DNA of 62,704 bases, counting the filler, from Sanchytrium tribonematis (lineage: Eukaryota): assembly GCA_018985235.1 (NCBI GenBank). It is 13 parts of 13 records of this genome, joined end to end, with 100 filler letters (N's around TTAATTAATTAA, not from the genome) between each part and the next. Parts side by side here need not be neighbours in the genome. Positions count along the whole stretch, not along the records: positions 1 to 4,794 come from JADGIG010000679.1; positions 4,895 to 9,679 come from JADGIG010000680.1; positions 9,780 to 14,564 come from JADGIG010000681.1; 10 more parts are not named here. One strand, written 5' to 3'. A program made the position numbers and the translations under genes. The notes below the pieces were generated by a model. It saw nothing but the letters and a program-made list of their open reading frames with translations, was not told the DNA's origin and searched no databases. Shown piece after piece: positions 1 through 10,546 of the stretch (its first letter is position 1; each line of letters opens with the position of its first letter).

Positions 1-1
1 T

Positions 2-166
2 TACACAACAATCAAAATTGAAGTTGCCAAGAATCAATTATTGTTGTGTATTGATCTCATCGAAAAATACATTCGCCTTTGTGAACTTGATGACCGCAAA
101 ACTTTTTTGAAAAAAGGATATGTTTTTACCGTTGGGACAAAGGATATAAAAAGAGCTTCAATTTAA
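2..166 (+). CDS. 3' fragment of an unknown gene
   Basis: Frame open from the window start (YTTIKIEVAKNQLLLCID...KRASI*); no motif recognised. Confidence 0.3.
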   Translation, partial: YTTIKIEVAKNQLLLCIDLIEKYIRLCELDDRKTFLKKGYVFTVGTKDIKRASI

Positions 167-394
167 AAATTGATCTTGAAGTAGTAAATGTCAATTAATA
201 ACCTACCCATAACCACATTTCCAAAAACAACTCTTTTGCATTTTTAATTCTCCACATGGCTAGATTAGTAGATTCGATATAACCATGTCCTTTTGACTCA
301 TGTCAAATGTTAATTTCAAATTAGATTTACGCTTTCTGCTAGTCTCACATGTGCCTTGTGAGACATTTTTGCATCAGAATCCGATTTACAAAAC

Positions 395-1798
395 ATGGAG
401 ATAAGTATTTTCGAAGATGTCCCGACTGTTCTTTTATTCTTTATATTATTTTATCTATTTATAATAATCGGAATAGCGGCAAGTGATTTCTTTTGCGTCA
501 ATTTATCAACTGCAACTTATCATTTGCCAACTTCCGTTGCAACCATTTTATTGAGTATTGCAAATGCATCACCTGATATATTTAGTACATTCACAGCTTC
601 AACAAACAACGGGTTCAATTTGGCACTCGGTGAATTGATAGGGAGTGCTGCGTTTGTCTCTACTATGATTTGTGGATGTATTGGACTAGTTAATCCACAT
701 CAACTGCACCCATCATTTTACACCAAACACATTTTACTATTCGTAATTCTACTGATAATGATTGACATCTTTATGGAACTTAAAACACTTCCTATTGGAT
801 TTTCCATTCTGAGTTTATGCTACTATTTTATCTATGTTTTAATGGTATGGCATCATCCCACAGCAGTATCAGAAACCAATTCAGTTAATAGTGCCATTAG
901 TGAACCAATTATGCATAATTTAAAAGATGAGGATCACCATTTTATAGAACACATGAGATCTTTACCCATTTTAATTACTGATGAAGATCTGATGCCATTA
1001 TTACCAGTAGAAGAGCCATCAAAAACTTTTGTTTATTTGAAGCGAGGTCTTTATTATCTATCATGGCCCGCAAAGAAAATTGTTGGATTAATTTGTCCCA
1101 TTGTGACAAGAATGGATTGCATTACTGATGAAGACAGTTTTACTTATAGTCAAGTCCAATCGCTTTCTTGGCCAGTACCCGTTACAAAGAAGAAAATACA
1201 AGGATTTTTTGGATTTCTTCTTGTTCTGTTGCTGATTTATTCATGGTTTGATGTTCCATTGATCAGATTGACTATTTTAATTGCAATTCTGGCTAGTTTG
1301 GGAATAAGTCTTTTCATAGACCAATTACCACATACATTTATATTGTGGTTTGGAGTGATTGTGAGTGCAGTCATTGTGCAATTTAGTGCTAATTTGATGG
1401 TAAGTTGTCTTAAAGTATTGTGTGACAGACTTAATTTGAGCCAGGGATTGGTTGGTATGACTATTTTTGCACTTGGAAATTCTCTTGGTGATCTCATAAC
1501 CAACATATCACTTGCCAATATGGGTCACGTCCATTTAGCAACATCAGCTACACTCTCGAGTCCATTATTATGCTTGAGTATTGGTTTAGGTGCAAGTACC
1601 ATGTATTTAAATACCCATCCTACTGGAGAAATACATGTAGATAAGAACATTTTATGGACTCTTCGATTTTTAATTGGTACTCTAATAGGGTTCATTATAT
1701 TATTACAATTTTACAAATTCAAGCTCAATAGAGTTACAAGTGGATATCTTGTAATTTGTTATTGCTGCATTATTACTTGTTCTGTTCTTTTGGGATAA
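395..1798 (+). CDS. Cation/Ca2+ exchanger (CaCA superfamily, CCX/NCLX/Ecm27-like)
   Basis: Two hydrophobic halves with alpha-1 (ANASPDIF..GELIGSAAF) and alpha-2 (ALGNSLGDL) repeats. Confidence 0.9.
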   Translation: MEISIFEDVPTVLLFFILFYLFIIIGIAASDFFCVNLSTATYHLPTSVATILLSIANASPDIFSTFTASTNNGFNLALGELIGSAAFVSTMICGCIGLVNPHQLHPSFYTKHILLFVILLIMIDIFMELKTLPIGFSILSLCYYFIYVLMVWHHPTAVSETNSVNSAISEPIMHNLKDEDHHFIEHMRSLPILITDEDLMPLLPVEEPSKTFVYLKRGLYYLSWPAKKIVGLICPIVTRMDCITDEDSFTYSQVQSLSWPVPVTKKKIQGFFGFLLVLLLIYSWFDVPLIRLTILIAILASLGISLFIDQLPHTFILWFGVIVSAVIVQFSANLMVSCLKVLCDRLNLSQGLVGMTIFALGNSLGDLITNISLANMGHVHLATSATLSSPLLCLSIGLGASTMYLNTHPTGEIHVDKNILWTLRFLIGTLIGFIILLQFYKFKLNRVTSGYLVICYCCIITCSVLLG

Positions 1799-1847
1799 TA
1801 AATAGACATTTTAATTTTGACAAAAAGATGGCTTTTGAAACAATTCA

Positions 1848-2729
1848 ATGAAATCCAAGTTCAAAATTCAAATCTTGTGTATACTTGGAATCGTTGTGAT
1901 GATACTTGGAGAGGTTTTCAAGAATCATCCATTGTTTTTATTTAAAAGCAAGAATACAACCGATGTTTTATATGACATCCCGTTTTCCTTTATTCCTGGA
2001 TTATTTGGATTTTTCTTGGGGTTGGTATCACATATTAAAAGTCTCACGAAGTATAAGATATACCATTATGTAATTCAATGGATAAGTATATTTTCCATTG
2101 GATTTCAAATGATTTATTGTTACGAGTTTTTCATTCGAGCCTTGTTTATAGATTATCAAACGACGTTTGTGCGTGTATTGTTCTATGGATCCACTATGAT
2201 GTACTGCGGTCTTACTAGTTTGCCAATATTTATAATCTGGGGGAGAATATTGTCACCACCAGAAGATACAATTCGTTTTTTATCAAGATCCGAAATGATA
2301 CTCATTTGCTTTTACACAAATCTGTTGATGGATATCGCGCATATACTGTGGGATAAGTACAAATATATTGAGCTCTCGGTCACGTCTTTCATGCTATTGA
2401 TATGCATAATTAGTTTCGCAACAAAAAATATGAGATTCCACCAAATTTCAATGATTTTATTTGTGGTTCAAGTATGTATTCACTTCGTGTTGCTATTAGT
2501 AGCAATATTGAACAAGACAATATTTTACAACATTCCTTGGCTATATTGCTTTCCCTTGCTTATCGCTATGCCGGTCATGATAATGTGGGCACAATTACTG
2601 AAAGATCTTTACCAAGATGTTAAAGATTCACAGTACTTGTACAATTCACAAGATGTCAGCAACACAAATCTATCAGTTACAAATAGTAAGACAAGACTAC
2701 GATATTCACATGATTATGATTATATTTAA
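1848..2729 (+). CDS. Polytopic membrane protein of unknown function
   Basis: 293-aa ORF with about 8 hydrophobic segments in two loosely similar halves (LPIFIIWGRIL / MPVMIMWAQLL); AATAAA after the stop. Confidence 0.7.
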   Translation: MKSKFKIQILCILGIVVMILGEVFKNHPLFLFKSKNTTDVLYDIPFSFIPGLFGFFLGLVSHIKSLTKYKIYHYVIQWISIFSIGFQMIYCYEFFIRALFIDYQTTFVRVLFYGSTMMYCGLTSLPIFIIWGRILSPPEDTIRFLSRSEMILICFYTNLLMDIAHILWDKYKYIELSVTSFMLLICIISFATKNMRFHQISMILFVVQVCIHFVLLLVAILNKTIFYNIPWLYCFPLLIAMPVMIMWAQLLKDLYQDVKDSQYLYNSQDVSNTNLSVTNSKTRLRYSHDYDYI

Positions 2730-2758
2730 AAGATAAATAAACCAATTGAACTTTATTT

Positions 2759-3592
2759 TTATAAATGAGGTACGAGCTCAGAAATTAGGTGCGATAGCTT
2801 TACTACATGCTTTGCAGCTTGAGTGACAACGTCTGCATGCATTTCCTTTTCTGACTCTACATTTTGATCTACAACTACGTTTGTAATGATACTAAATCCA
2901 AGCACCTTAATGCCGCAATGATTCGCAACAATTACTTCTGGTGCTGTGGACATACCCACTGCATCACCGAGGAGTCTCAAAAATTTACATTCAGCCGGAG
3001 TCTCATAATTTGGACCACTAATCATGCAATATACACCTTTCTTAAAATAAGTCTGATAATTAAGTTTTTCGATTATTTGATCGCATTTTTGAATGAGCTC
3101 TGGATGGTATGCAGTTGACATTGGAACAAATCTTGGTCCACTTGGATGATTTTCACCTCTGAGTGGATTTTGACCAGCCATACATGGAAATGCAACATGA
3201 TCTGTGATCTGCATTATATTTCCAACTTTAAAATTCGAGTTGAGTCCACCTGCTGCATTTGTCACAATCATGGTTAAGATACCAATAGCATGGGCAACTC
3301 GAACCGGAAATGTAACAACATCCATACTATTTCCTTCATAAAAGTGAAAGCGTCCTAATGCGCAGACAGTTGGTACTCTGTTTAGTTTACCTACAACCAA
3401 TTGACCAACATGGCCAAGGATTGTCGTGCTTGGGTAATGTGGTATATCTTTATAATGTAAAATTTGGGTTTCTTTTAGGTCATTTGCCAAGGGACCAAGC
3501 CCACTCCCGCATATAATCATAAGTTTTGGTTTTAAACTAATTTGCGACTGAATATATTTTGCAGCTTCTTCGATGGCTTGGAAGTGTGTCAT
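2759..3592 (-). CDS. PNP1: Purine nucleoside phosphorylase (trimeric, 6-oxopurine type)
   Basis: IICGSGLG, GRFHFYEG, TNAAGGLN, GPNYETPAE, VGMSTAPE and ITN motifs; ATG at 3592. Confidence 0.95.
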   Translation of the reverse strand: MTHFQAIEEAAKYIQSQISLKPKLMIICGSGLGPLANDLKETQILHYKDIPHYPSTTILGHVGQLVVGKLNRVPTVCALGRFHFYEGNSMDVVTFPVRVAHAIGILTMIVTNAAGGLNSNFKVGNIMQITDHVAFPCMAGQNPLRGENHPSGPRFVPMSTAYHPELIQKCDQIIEKLNYQTYFKKGVYCMISGPNYETPAECKFLRLLGDAVGMSTAPEVIVANHCGIKVLGFSIITNVVVDQNVESEKEMHADVVTQAAKHVVKLSHLISELVPHL

Positions 3593-3738
3593 GTTGCAAA
3601 GGGAGCAGTTTTGACTTTTTACAAAATCAACATTCAAATTTTGTAGGCTTGATTATGACTCGATAAGTCAACACATCATGTCAAAACTCCGCATATTTTA
3701 AGTGCATTTTCTATTGGAGAAGAAAGTAAAACAAATTT

Positions 3739-4185
3739 ATGCAAGTACCCCCACTAAAGACAAAGAATTGGTATGAACAATCATTGAGTGTGACTAACCC
3801 ATGGGCAAATGCTGAATATAGAAGAGCCAGGCGTTCAATTCCGTCTCCCGTTGACGAAAATCACCCGGATGTGAGTATACTTAGCTTAGATTCATCTCCA
3901 ATTGCTTTCAAAAAAACCGATGCAAACCCATTTAAAGATGAAGAAGATGTCATATTACTTGCCGATGAATTAAAAGAATTGTCTTTAAAAGAAACTGGCT
4001 GGTCGTTCAACTGGATATTTGGTCTTGTTTTGATTGTCTCTGCATATTATTCACAATTGGTCTTGAGTCTACTAATATATGGAACTTCATTATGGTCAAT
4101 TGTTGCATTGATCAACAGAATCTTTACAAGAAAAGTTCAATTAACTGAAAAACAGAAATTTATCCAAAAATATTTCAAGACATAA
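3739..4185 (+). CDS. Small protein with two C-terminal TM segments, unknown function
   Basis: 148-aa ORF with a hydrophobic C-terminal hairpin, tightly packed between neighbours. Confidence 0.6.
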   Translation: MQVPPLKTKNWYEQSLSVTNPWANAEYRRARRSIPSPVDENHPDVSILSLDSSPIAFKKTDANPFKDEEDVILLADELKELSLKETGWSFNWIFGLVLIVSAYYSQLVLSLLIYGTSLWSIVALINRIFTRKVQLTEKQKFIQKYFKT

Positions 4186-4198
4186 TTTATTCATTTTG

Positions 4199-4794
4199 TC
4201 ATTTGTTCAGGAATGCCATCGGTTCCTCTATAATTTGGCCGCCTTTTAACATGATATTGGATGCTTTGAGCAATTTATGATCTAATTGAGTTAAGTTGTA
4301 AACAGGAATCATACTTACACCTTTTTTGTAATCAAATGCTTCTTTTGGGCCAAATCCACAAGCAAATCCAATTTTTATAACATTATTGTTATAAATTTTT
4401 AAATGGTATGCCTTTAAGACTAATTCTGCCAGCTTTCTTGTTCTTAGCTTCAAGAAGCAGCAATGTTTAGCATCAACATATTCCAAGGATTCAATTTGTA
4501 CCTTATCGTTGTAATTAAAATAATCAGCTAGTTCATATTTGTTTGTATCGGACAGATTTCCCACGTAAAGAGTTCTGCTGAAGACTTGAATATGGTTACA
4601 GTCTAGCTTGTGAGATACAACACTCCAAGGTCCTTGAAGTTGGCTTTGCTCGTAGAATGAGTCTTTGGGCATATAATTCTGGCTTTTGAACATGTGAATA
4701 AATGGTTCCTCAATCGTCATCCCTCCTTGAAATGTTTTCATTCCACCATGTCGACAATCAACTAGTGCCTTGATATCCGCTTCCGTAAATCTCT
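4199..4794 (-). CDS. NRD1: Nrd1/Seb1-family RNA-binding protein, 5'-truncated at the contig end
   Basis: HIQVFSRTLYVGNL ... GFGPKEAFDYKKGVSMIP ... IIEEP matches the Nrd1/Seb1 RRM with its C-terminal extension; frame open to 4794. Confidence 0.85.
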
Positions 4795-4894
4795 NNNNNN
4801 NNNNNNNNNNNNNNNNNNNNNNNNNNNNNNNNNNNNNNTTAATTAATTAANNNNNNNNNNNNNNNNNNNNNNNNNNNNNNNNNNNNNNNNNNNN
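4795..4894. other. Artificial contig linker (44 N + TTAATTAATTAA + 44 N); 12 copies in the window
   Basis: Identical 100-nt spacer with stops in all six frames at 4795, 9680, 14565, 19436, 24283, 29129, 33961, 38783, 43579, 48371, 53161 and 57935. Contig lengths never increase (4794, 4785, 4785, 4771 ... 4670). Confidence 0.98.
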
Positions 4895-4993
4895 TTCGAG
4901 TCATTTGAAGAAATCATTTGCCATTTGTCGCAAAAAATAATAAATGAAATGACGCCATCATTTGACCATAATACTTGCGCATAACCCCCTTTT

Positions 4994-5927
4994 ATGATGT
5001 TGTTTTTACTACTATTAAATGCCATTTCATTATTTAAATCCATTAATGTTAAATGCTATTATTCTGATGCCAATCAACAGGCACAAGATAGTAAAATCAT
5101 GACATTATTGCCCAAATACAAATACAAATTCACTCATGGCAATAAACACTATGTTGCCGTATCTTATAAATGGAGCAATCTACAATATTATTTGAAATTA
5201 CATGGCTCAGAATATGGTGAACCAGAAATATTATTAGCGATTCGAGTTTATAACAATAGACAACAAACGACATACTCTATAAATGCGATCAAGGATCCAG
5301 ATGGGATGGTGGTGGTCAATTCACAGTTTAAATGTCATATTTTAGAAGATTTTGTGACAAAATTGAGTTGTTGGATGGGAACAGATGGAAATCGACAATA
5401 TCAACAGATGGAAATGAGATCTAATGAATATGCTAAATTGTTATTTGATACTTATAATATTGAATTGGTGTACAACTCATTGCGAGTTGATTGTGTCAAA
5501 TGGCAAAAATACTGCAAATTATCTCGTGAAATATGGTAAATTAACCCCATTACAGCCATATGGATTACTACATGACTCATTATATTGTAGAGAATATCGA
5601 AATAAAGATTCAAAACAGACTGTATTGCCTAGATTGAAATTAAATGTGATTGAAAATGAAGAGAAATTGACCTCTAAAGTATTGGCTGAAGGACAGAGAT
5701 ATCCGATAATAGATGGTGTGATCGTGTATTTTAAAAGTGATTTATTGTATGCGGAAAATGGCAAAATGAGTCAGACATTCGAATTGCAATCACATACAAA
5801 TGAAATCATGAAATTGCAAAATGGATTGGAAATTCGAATTCGACATATATTTAAACAAAATAGAATTATTCATGTGAATAGTGATCCCATTTCTACATCT
5901 AATGCCAATTCATGCTTGATCATTTGA
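4994..5927 (+). CDS. Putative secreted protein split over two overlapping frames (4994-5539, 5424-5927); ends in CaaX-like CLII
   Basis: Signal-like N-terminus. The two ORFs overlap and a single AATAAA follows 5927. Frameshift versus intron is unresolved. Confidence 0.5.
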
Positions 5928-6164
5928 CTCCTAGTTAGAAAAATAAAATTATTATTTCAATATTTCAAATGTCAATTAGCAGACGGACGACTGATTTACA
6001 AAGTGGGATATTGAAGTAATTCTGAATTTTTGATGACACATGCAGCAAGCTGCTTAACCAATTTGCAAGTGCCAATAATGAAATTGCAATCTATTTGCAT
6101 CCAATCAAATGTCATTACAGAATTGCAAATCACTATTTATTTCCAATGTCCCCAGCATGGTAAA

Positions 6165-6971
6165 ATGATTTACATGCTGCTTCTATCCATTATGGCCAAC
6201 GACTCAAAATCAAATCAATGTGGGATCATTAATGACAATCCCACAAAACGCTGTAAAACTGGTTATGCGTGTTCTAAAAATATATGTGTAAAAGTTTCTA
6301 CCCCTTTAAGAGAACCAGATTGTATTAGAAAGTTCAGTGCAACAGGGACTTGCAAGAGATTCTTATGTGATAATTCTGGCAAAAAAAACTGTGAATCAGG
6401 ATATTCCTGCAAAATGTTTGGAAAATCTGGATTTTGTAAGCCTGTTGAGAAAGCAAACAAGTCGCCTCAAGGGAAGCAACCAACGGAGAACCAACCCTTT
6501 AAAAAGCCTGATCCTGCTTTAATGGGAGACGGTGAGATCAGATATTGCGATGGACAGAATTTTTGTCCACCAACACAACATTGTTACATGCCACTGTTTG
6601 AAAATTATTATTGTGTTTATAATGACCCAAATTATAAAACACCACTCCCAACTCCAGCACAACTTGCAAATCCTTCATTTTGTTATAGCGCATTTGGAAA
6701 TCAAATTTGCTCTAAAGATGAATATTGTGAAAAAGACATTGATTTTGGTTCTAATCATTTGGAACTAATAGATGGAACATGTCAACCAATTGAGTGTGGC
6801 GTGAATGATGGTCAAAAGATTCAATGTAAGGAAAGCACTTATCCAAATTGTCATTTGAGTGAATATCAACTGTCAAAAGGGAATGAGAAAGGTTATTGTA
6901 CCAATCTTTCTGAAATACCTTGTACGGATAAATATAGTTTATCAGGGAAATGTCAATACTTGATCATTTAA
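6165..6971 (+). CDS. Cys-rich secreted protein with repeated C-x5-C-x4/5-C modules
   Basis: MIYMLLLSIMA signal-like start followed by many Cys-rich repeats with Pro-rich linkers. Confidence 0.75.
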   Translation: MIYMLLLSIMANDSKSNQCGIINDNPTKRCKTGYACSKNICVKVSTPLREPDCIRKFSATGTCKRFLCDNSGKKNCESGYSCKMFGKSGFCKPVEKANKSPQGKQPTENQPFKKPDPALMGDGEIRYCDGQNFCPPTQHCYMPLFENYYCVYNDPNYKTPLPTPAQLANPSFCYSAFGNQICSKDEYCEKDIDFGSNHLELIDGTCQPIECGVNDGQKIQCKESTYPNCHLSEYQLSKGNEKGYCTNLSEIPCTDKYSLSGKCQYLII

Positions 6972-7187
6972 CTCCAAGTTAAATAAAATTAACTTGATAT
7001 TAATTGAATAGTGAATTTCATATTCAGTATGGGATATATGAAGTGCCGCCAATCTAATTGGATTTAATTGAATCTTTTAAATTAATAAAGAGTATTCATT
7101 TGGAAGTTGAGACAGGTTGGATTAATAAGAAATCCAGAATTTATCACATTAATAGTGATTAAGTTAAAAATCATAAAAATCACTATT

Positions 7188-8309
7188 TTATTGTATAAAA
7201 TGCAATCCGACGAGCAATAATCCAAATATTTGTAATTGACTAGCACCACCAGTCCCTTTATATCCGCCACTCCAAGTTTGTTGATCTTCTTTACCAAGTG
7301 GATGGCATTGACCCCGTAAAACATCCAAATCTTTGATATTTGATAAATCATCATACACAAACCATTTCTCTTTTGCCACTCCTTTCATCGTATTCGTCAA
7401 ATCTAAAAATGGATTATTCTCATCAAAATAAGATGCAGTAATATTTCTAATGAAAATACATAAAACTTGATCAGGGAATTCTCTAGCCATATCTGCAGAT
7501 GGACCTACAACAGTATTAATACTCGTATCTCCAATTAATATGAATTTGCGATCTGGAAATGCCTTGAAAGCTCTCTCGAAATTATCTCTACGGGCACTTA
7601 ATGAAGGTGCTGGATTTTCACCATTAACTGGACGCATATCAATTGGACCAGGTGGGAAATTGTACTTTACAAAGTCCATATAACTAGGTGCCATCACAAT
7701 TGGTGCTTCAGTCGAATAAATGAATGTCGCATTTGGAAGTGTTTGTGACCAATTTTTGAATAAATCTTTAGCGCCATCAATAAATTCAGTCGTCTTGATG
7801 AATGAATGAACAATTAATGAATTTGGATCCCATATTTCTACTTTTCTAAGAATATCATCCACATCTGTCATTATAGTGACTCCTTTTGGTTCTGGCAAAT
7901 AAATGGTCCCTTTAACATCATCGTGTTTATCTTCTTTATATGTAATACTGGATACATTTCCACTTAATTTGACAGTACGCACTGCATCTATTTTGCCACC
8001 TCCATCTGTGGAAGTCTTGATAACATCATTATTTGGAATATTGATGTCAATTTCTTTGTCTTCTTTTAATTGCCAATGTCTGAATGGATCAGTATTTGCA
8101 GTGAAATTGGATTTCTCTGAATCACTCACTGCCTCTGATTTATGGGAATCAAATGCCACTAAATTACCAAACCATTTGAATGGATTTTCAATTTTATCTT
8201 GAAAATCATATGCTAATCCATATATACGCACTTCTGCAGTATTACCGGGCTTCTTAATACCATAGGATGGGATTAATATCGTTGTAGAATGCACTAGAGT
8301 CGTCAACAT
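7188..8309 (-). CDS. App1-like phosphatidate phosphatase domain protein (DUF2183, HAD-like), probably secreted
   Basis: TDVDDIL (DxDxT-like), FILIGDTS and QVLCIFIRNIT motifs; hydrophobic C-terminal tail. Confidence 0.75.
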   Translation of the reverse strand: MLTTLVHSTTILIPSYGIKKPGNTAEVRIYGLAYDFQDKIENPFKWFGNLVAFDSHKSEAVSDSEKSNFTANTDPFRHWQLKEDKEIDINIPNNDVIKTSTDGGGKIDAVRTVKLSGNVSSITYKEDKHDDVKGTIYLPEPKGVTIMTDVDDILRKVEIWDPNSLIVHSFIKTTEFIDGAKDLFKNWSQTLPNATFIYSTEAPIVMAPSYMDFVKYNFPPGPIDMRPVNGENPAPSLSARRDNFERAFKAFPDRKFILIGDTSINTVVGPSADMAREFPDQVLCIFIRNITASYFDENNPFLDLTNTMKGVAKEKWFVYDDLSNIKDLDVLRGQCHPLGKEDQQTWSGGYKGTGGASQLQIFGLLLVGLHFIQ

Positions 8310-8480
8310 TTGAGAAAGATGGGGAGATGCAGATTAAAAATAGTTTTATTTAGACAACATGTGGCAATGTCGTACAGACTATTTCTAGTCAATGATCATC
8401 TTTGCAATGCGAGTGGTGGGCAAATGACAACTAGTCATGTCTAATTAGAGTAATTTTACAATGCATTTCATTAAAATATT

Positions 8481-9679
8481 TTATTTACTATATTTCACTT
8501 TCTTGTGCTTTAAATGCTCCGGTAATTCCATGCCACTCTCTTTCATCACATTAGCAATCTTTTTAACCATTTCAGTATCCTTATCTCCATAAAATGTGAT
8601 TGCAATGCCCTTTTTACGTCTCCCCGTTCTTCCAATTCTATGAATATATGTCTTAATATCATTAGGCACATCATAATTAATTACCATTTCAATATCCAAA
8701 TCAATCCCACGCGCAATGACATCTGTGGTGATTAAAACCCATAAATCTCCATTCATAAATTGCTGCATCGTCTGTTTACGCTGTTGCGGTGTTTTATAAG
8801 CATGTAGTATCCCTAATTTCTTAATATCATTCTTTAATTCCTTGTAAATGATTCTAGCAGTGGCTGCTTCATTCACGAATAATAAAATGGGGGGTTTCAC
8901 ACCAATTTGCAGCATATTTCTAATTTCTAGTAATTTACCCTGTATGTTCCCACAATAGACAACAGATTGTTCAATAAAATGATTTGCAGATCTATTTCCA
9001 ACTGTCACACGAATAGAATCATGCATGATTAATTTGGCAATTGTTTCTAAATCAGTGGGAAATGTGGCAGATGTCATGATAATCTGATTGGATTGAATGC
9101 CCTTGTGAATGATTTGAATATCTTTGATGAATTGCTTGTTTAATAATTTATCTGCTTCATCCATCACAAAACATTTCAAATGTTTTAAATCGCAATATTC
9201 CATTTCTAAGCATCTGACGAGTAATAATGGAGTAGATATGATGATTTGTTGTTTATGTGGATGTAATTTATCAATAATACCGACTGAATGAGATGTAAAT
9301 GGCTGAATGACAGATTTGATTTGAATGGCTAATTCTTTTGTGGGGACTAATATCAACATTTGAGTGTTTTTAGTATTTGTGAGTTGTAATAAACCACCCA
9401 GAATATAAACTAATGATTTTCCACTACCAGTTGGACTGATACAAAGCACATCTCTATTTTGGAGAATATAAGGAATAGCAGCAGATTGAATGGGTGTTGG
9501 AATTGGATACAATTTAGATATTTGATCTAATAGTTCAGTGTGTTGGTCAGAGAGTTGCTTAAATGAGTTGATGATGGATAATGGCGCATTTTGGACATTA
9601 ATATGGTGTTTTTTGGCAAATTGCTTCATTTCTGTTTCATTGAATGGTTTATCAGATACTACAACATCGTTGACTGTCT
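8481..9679 (-). CDS. ROK1: DEAD-box RNA helicase ROK1/DDX52, 5'-truncated
   Basis: PTPIQ, SPTGSGKS, PTKELA, DEAD, SAT and HRIGRTGR motifs, plus ROK1-typical KPPILLFV and WVLITTDVIARGID. Confidence 0.88.
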
Positions 9680-9779
9680 NNNNNNNNNNNNNNNNNNNNN
9701 NNNNNNNNNNNNNNNNNNNNNNNTTAATTAATTAANNNNNNNNNNNNNNNNNNNNNNNNNNNNNNNNNNNNNNNNNNNN

Positions 9780-10458
9780 TTCCTTGAAAAAATCGGACAA
9801 ATCTCAGGACGAAAACGCGGGCATGACTCCACTTGGAAAATCTCCTCTCCAGTCTTCTCTCAAGTCTGTATTTTCAGATGTTCATATTTTTTTTGTTCAC
9901 ATTGGATCACTTTTAACTACCACTACATTTTATGAAAATGTCCCGCAAATTTTAGTTACAAATTCGCATTGCTTCGCTTCCTTTATTAATGTAAAGCCGA
10001 TTCAAAAAATGCAGATTGTTTCTCAAATTAAGGAATTCTGTTCTTTCAAGAAACTAATATTTGTGGAAGGACTTGATGTAGAATTGATTAATTCAAATAT
10101 TAAAGAGTCTTACATTGCAACAAAAGCTACAAAATTATTAGAATCTAAAACCACACTTGACAATTTTTCCCCAAAACTGGAAAAGTCTAAGATGTACCAT
10201 CTCAAAATTAGTACACCATTGTCATCCGCAGCAAATTCTCCAGATAAAGAATCAAGCGAAGCTAAAGATTTGAAACAAAACCTCGTACACGAAGGCAAAC
10301 CTAATAAGCAAATTTTGTCAAAGCTTCCTCACTGTCTGATTTCAACCCCTGTTGGACATTATTTATATGTAAAGAGACAAAAAACTTCCACTCAGAGCAA
10401 TCTTTTGGAGGCATACAAAAGTTATGTGGAAAATTCCCCCGTAATTTATATTTATTAA
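9780..10458 (+). CDS. 3' part of an unknown protein
   Basis: 224-codon frame open from the contig start. Confidence 0.55.
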
Positions 10459-10546
10459 GCCTTGTGACGATACCATACATATTATAAACGAGACCTTGGA
10501 GCCTTTTTATTTTAGAAATCTATTTGACAAATGGTAGAGAAATAAA

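Noticed and set aside
1237..1518. Short antisense or nested ORFs in the track (for example 1237-1518, 7903-8202, 20159-20506, 22629-22982, 43947-44279, 58145-58492)
   Set aside because: They lie opposite or within well-supported genes and carry no motifs; shadow ORFs.
3739..4185. Pom34/TMEM209-like nucleoporin (LTEKQK after two TMs)
   Set aside because: Resemblance is limited to a few residues; not supportable without a profile search.
4839..4850. Periodic TTAATTAATTAA palindrome every ~4.8 kb as a biological repeat or array
   Set aside because: Always flanked by exactly 44 N on each side; it is a six-frame-stop assembly linker.
5468..5486. 19-nt GTGTACAACTCATTGCGAG intron that would join ORFs 4994 and 5424
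   Set aside because: The phase fits, but the acceptor is GAG, there is no TAAT core and no homology to test it; a simple frameshift is equally likely.
5536..5555. 20-nt GTAAATTAACCCCATTACAG as an intron
   Set aside because: It looks like the other introns, but removal leads to a third frame that stops after about 27 codons rather than joining the long downstream ORF. Needs RNA data.
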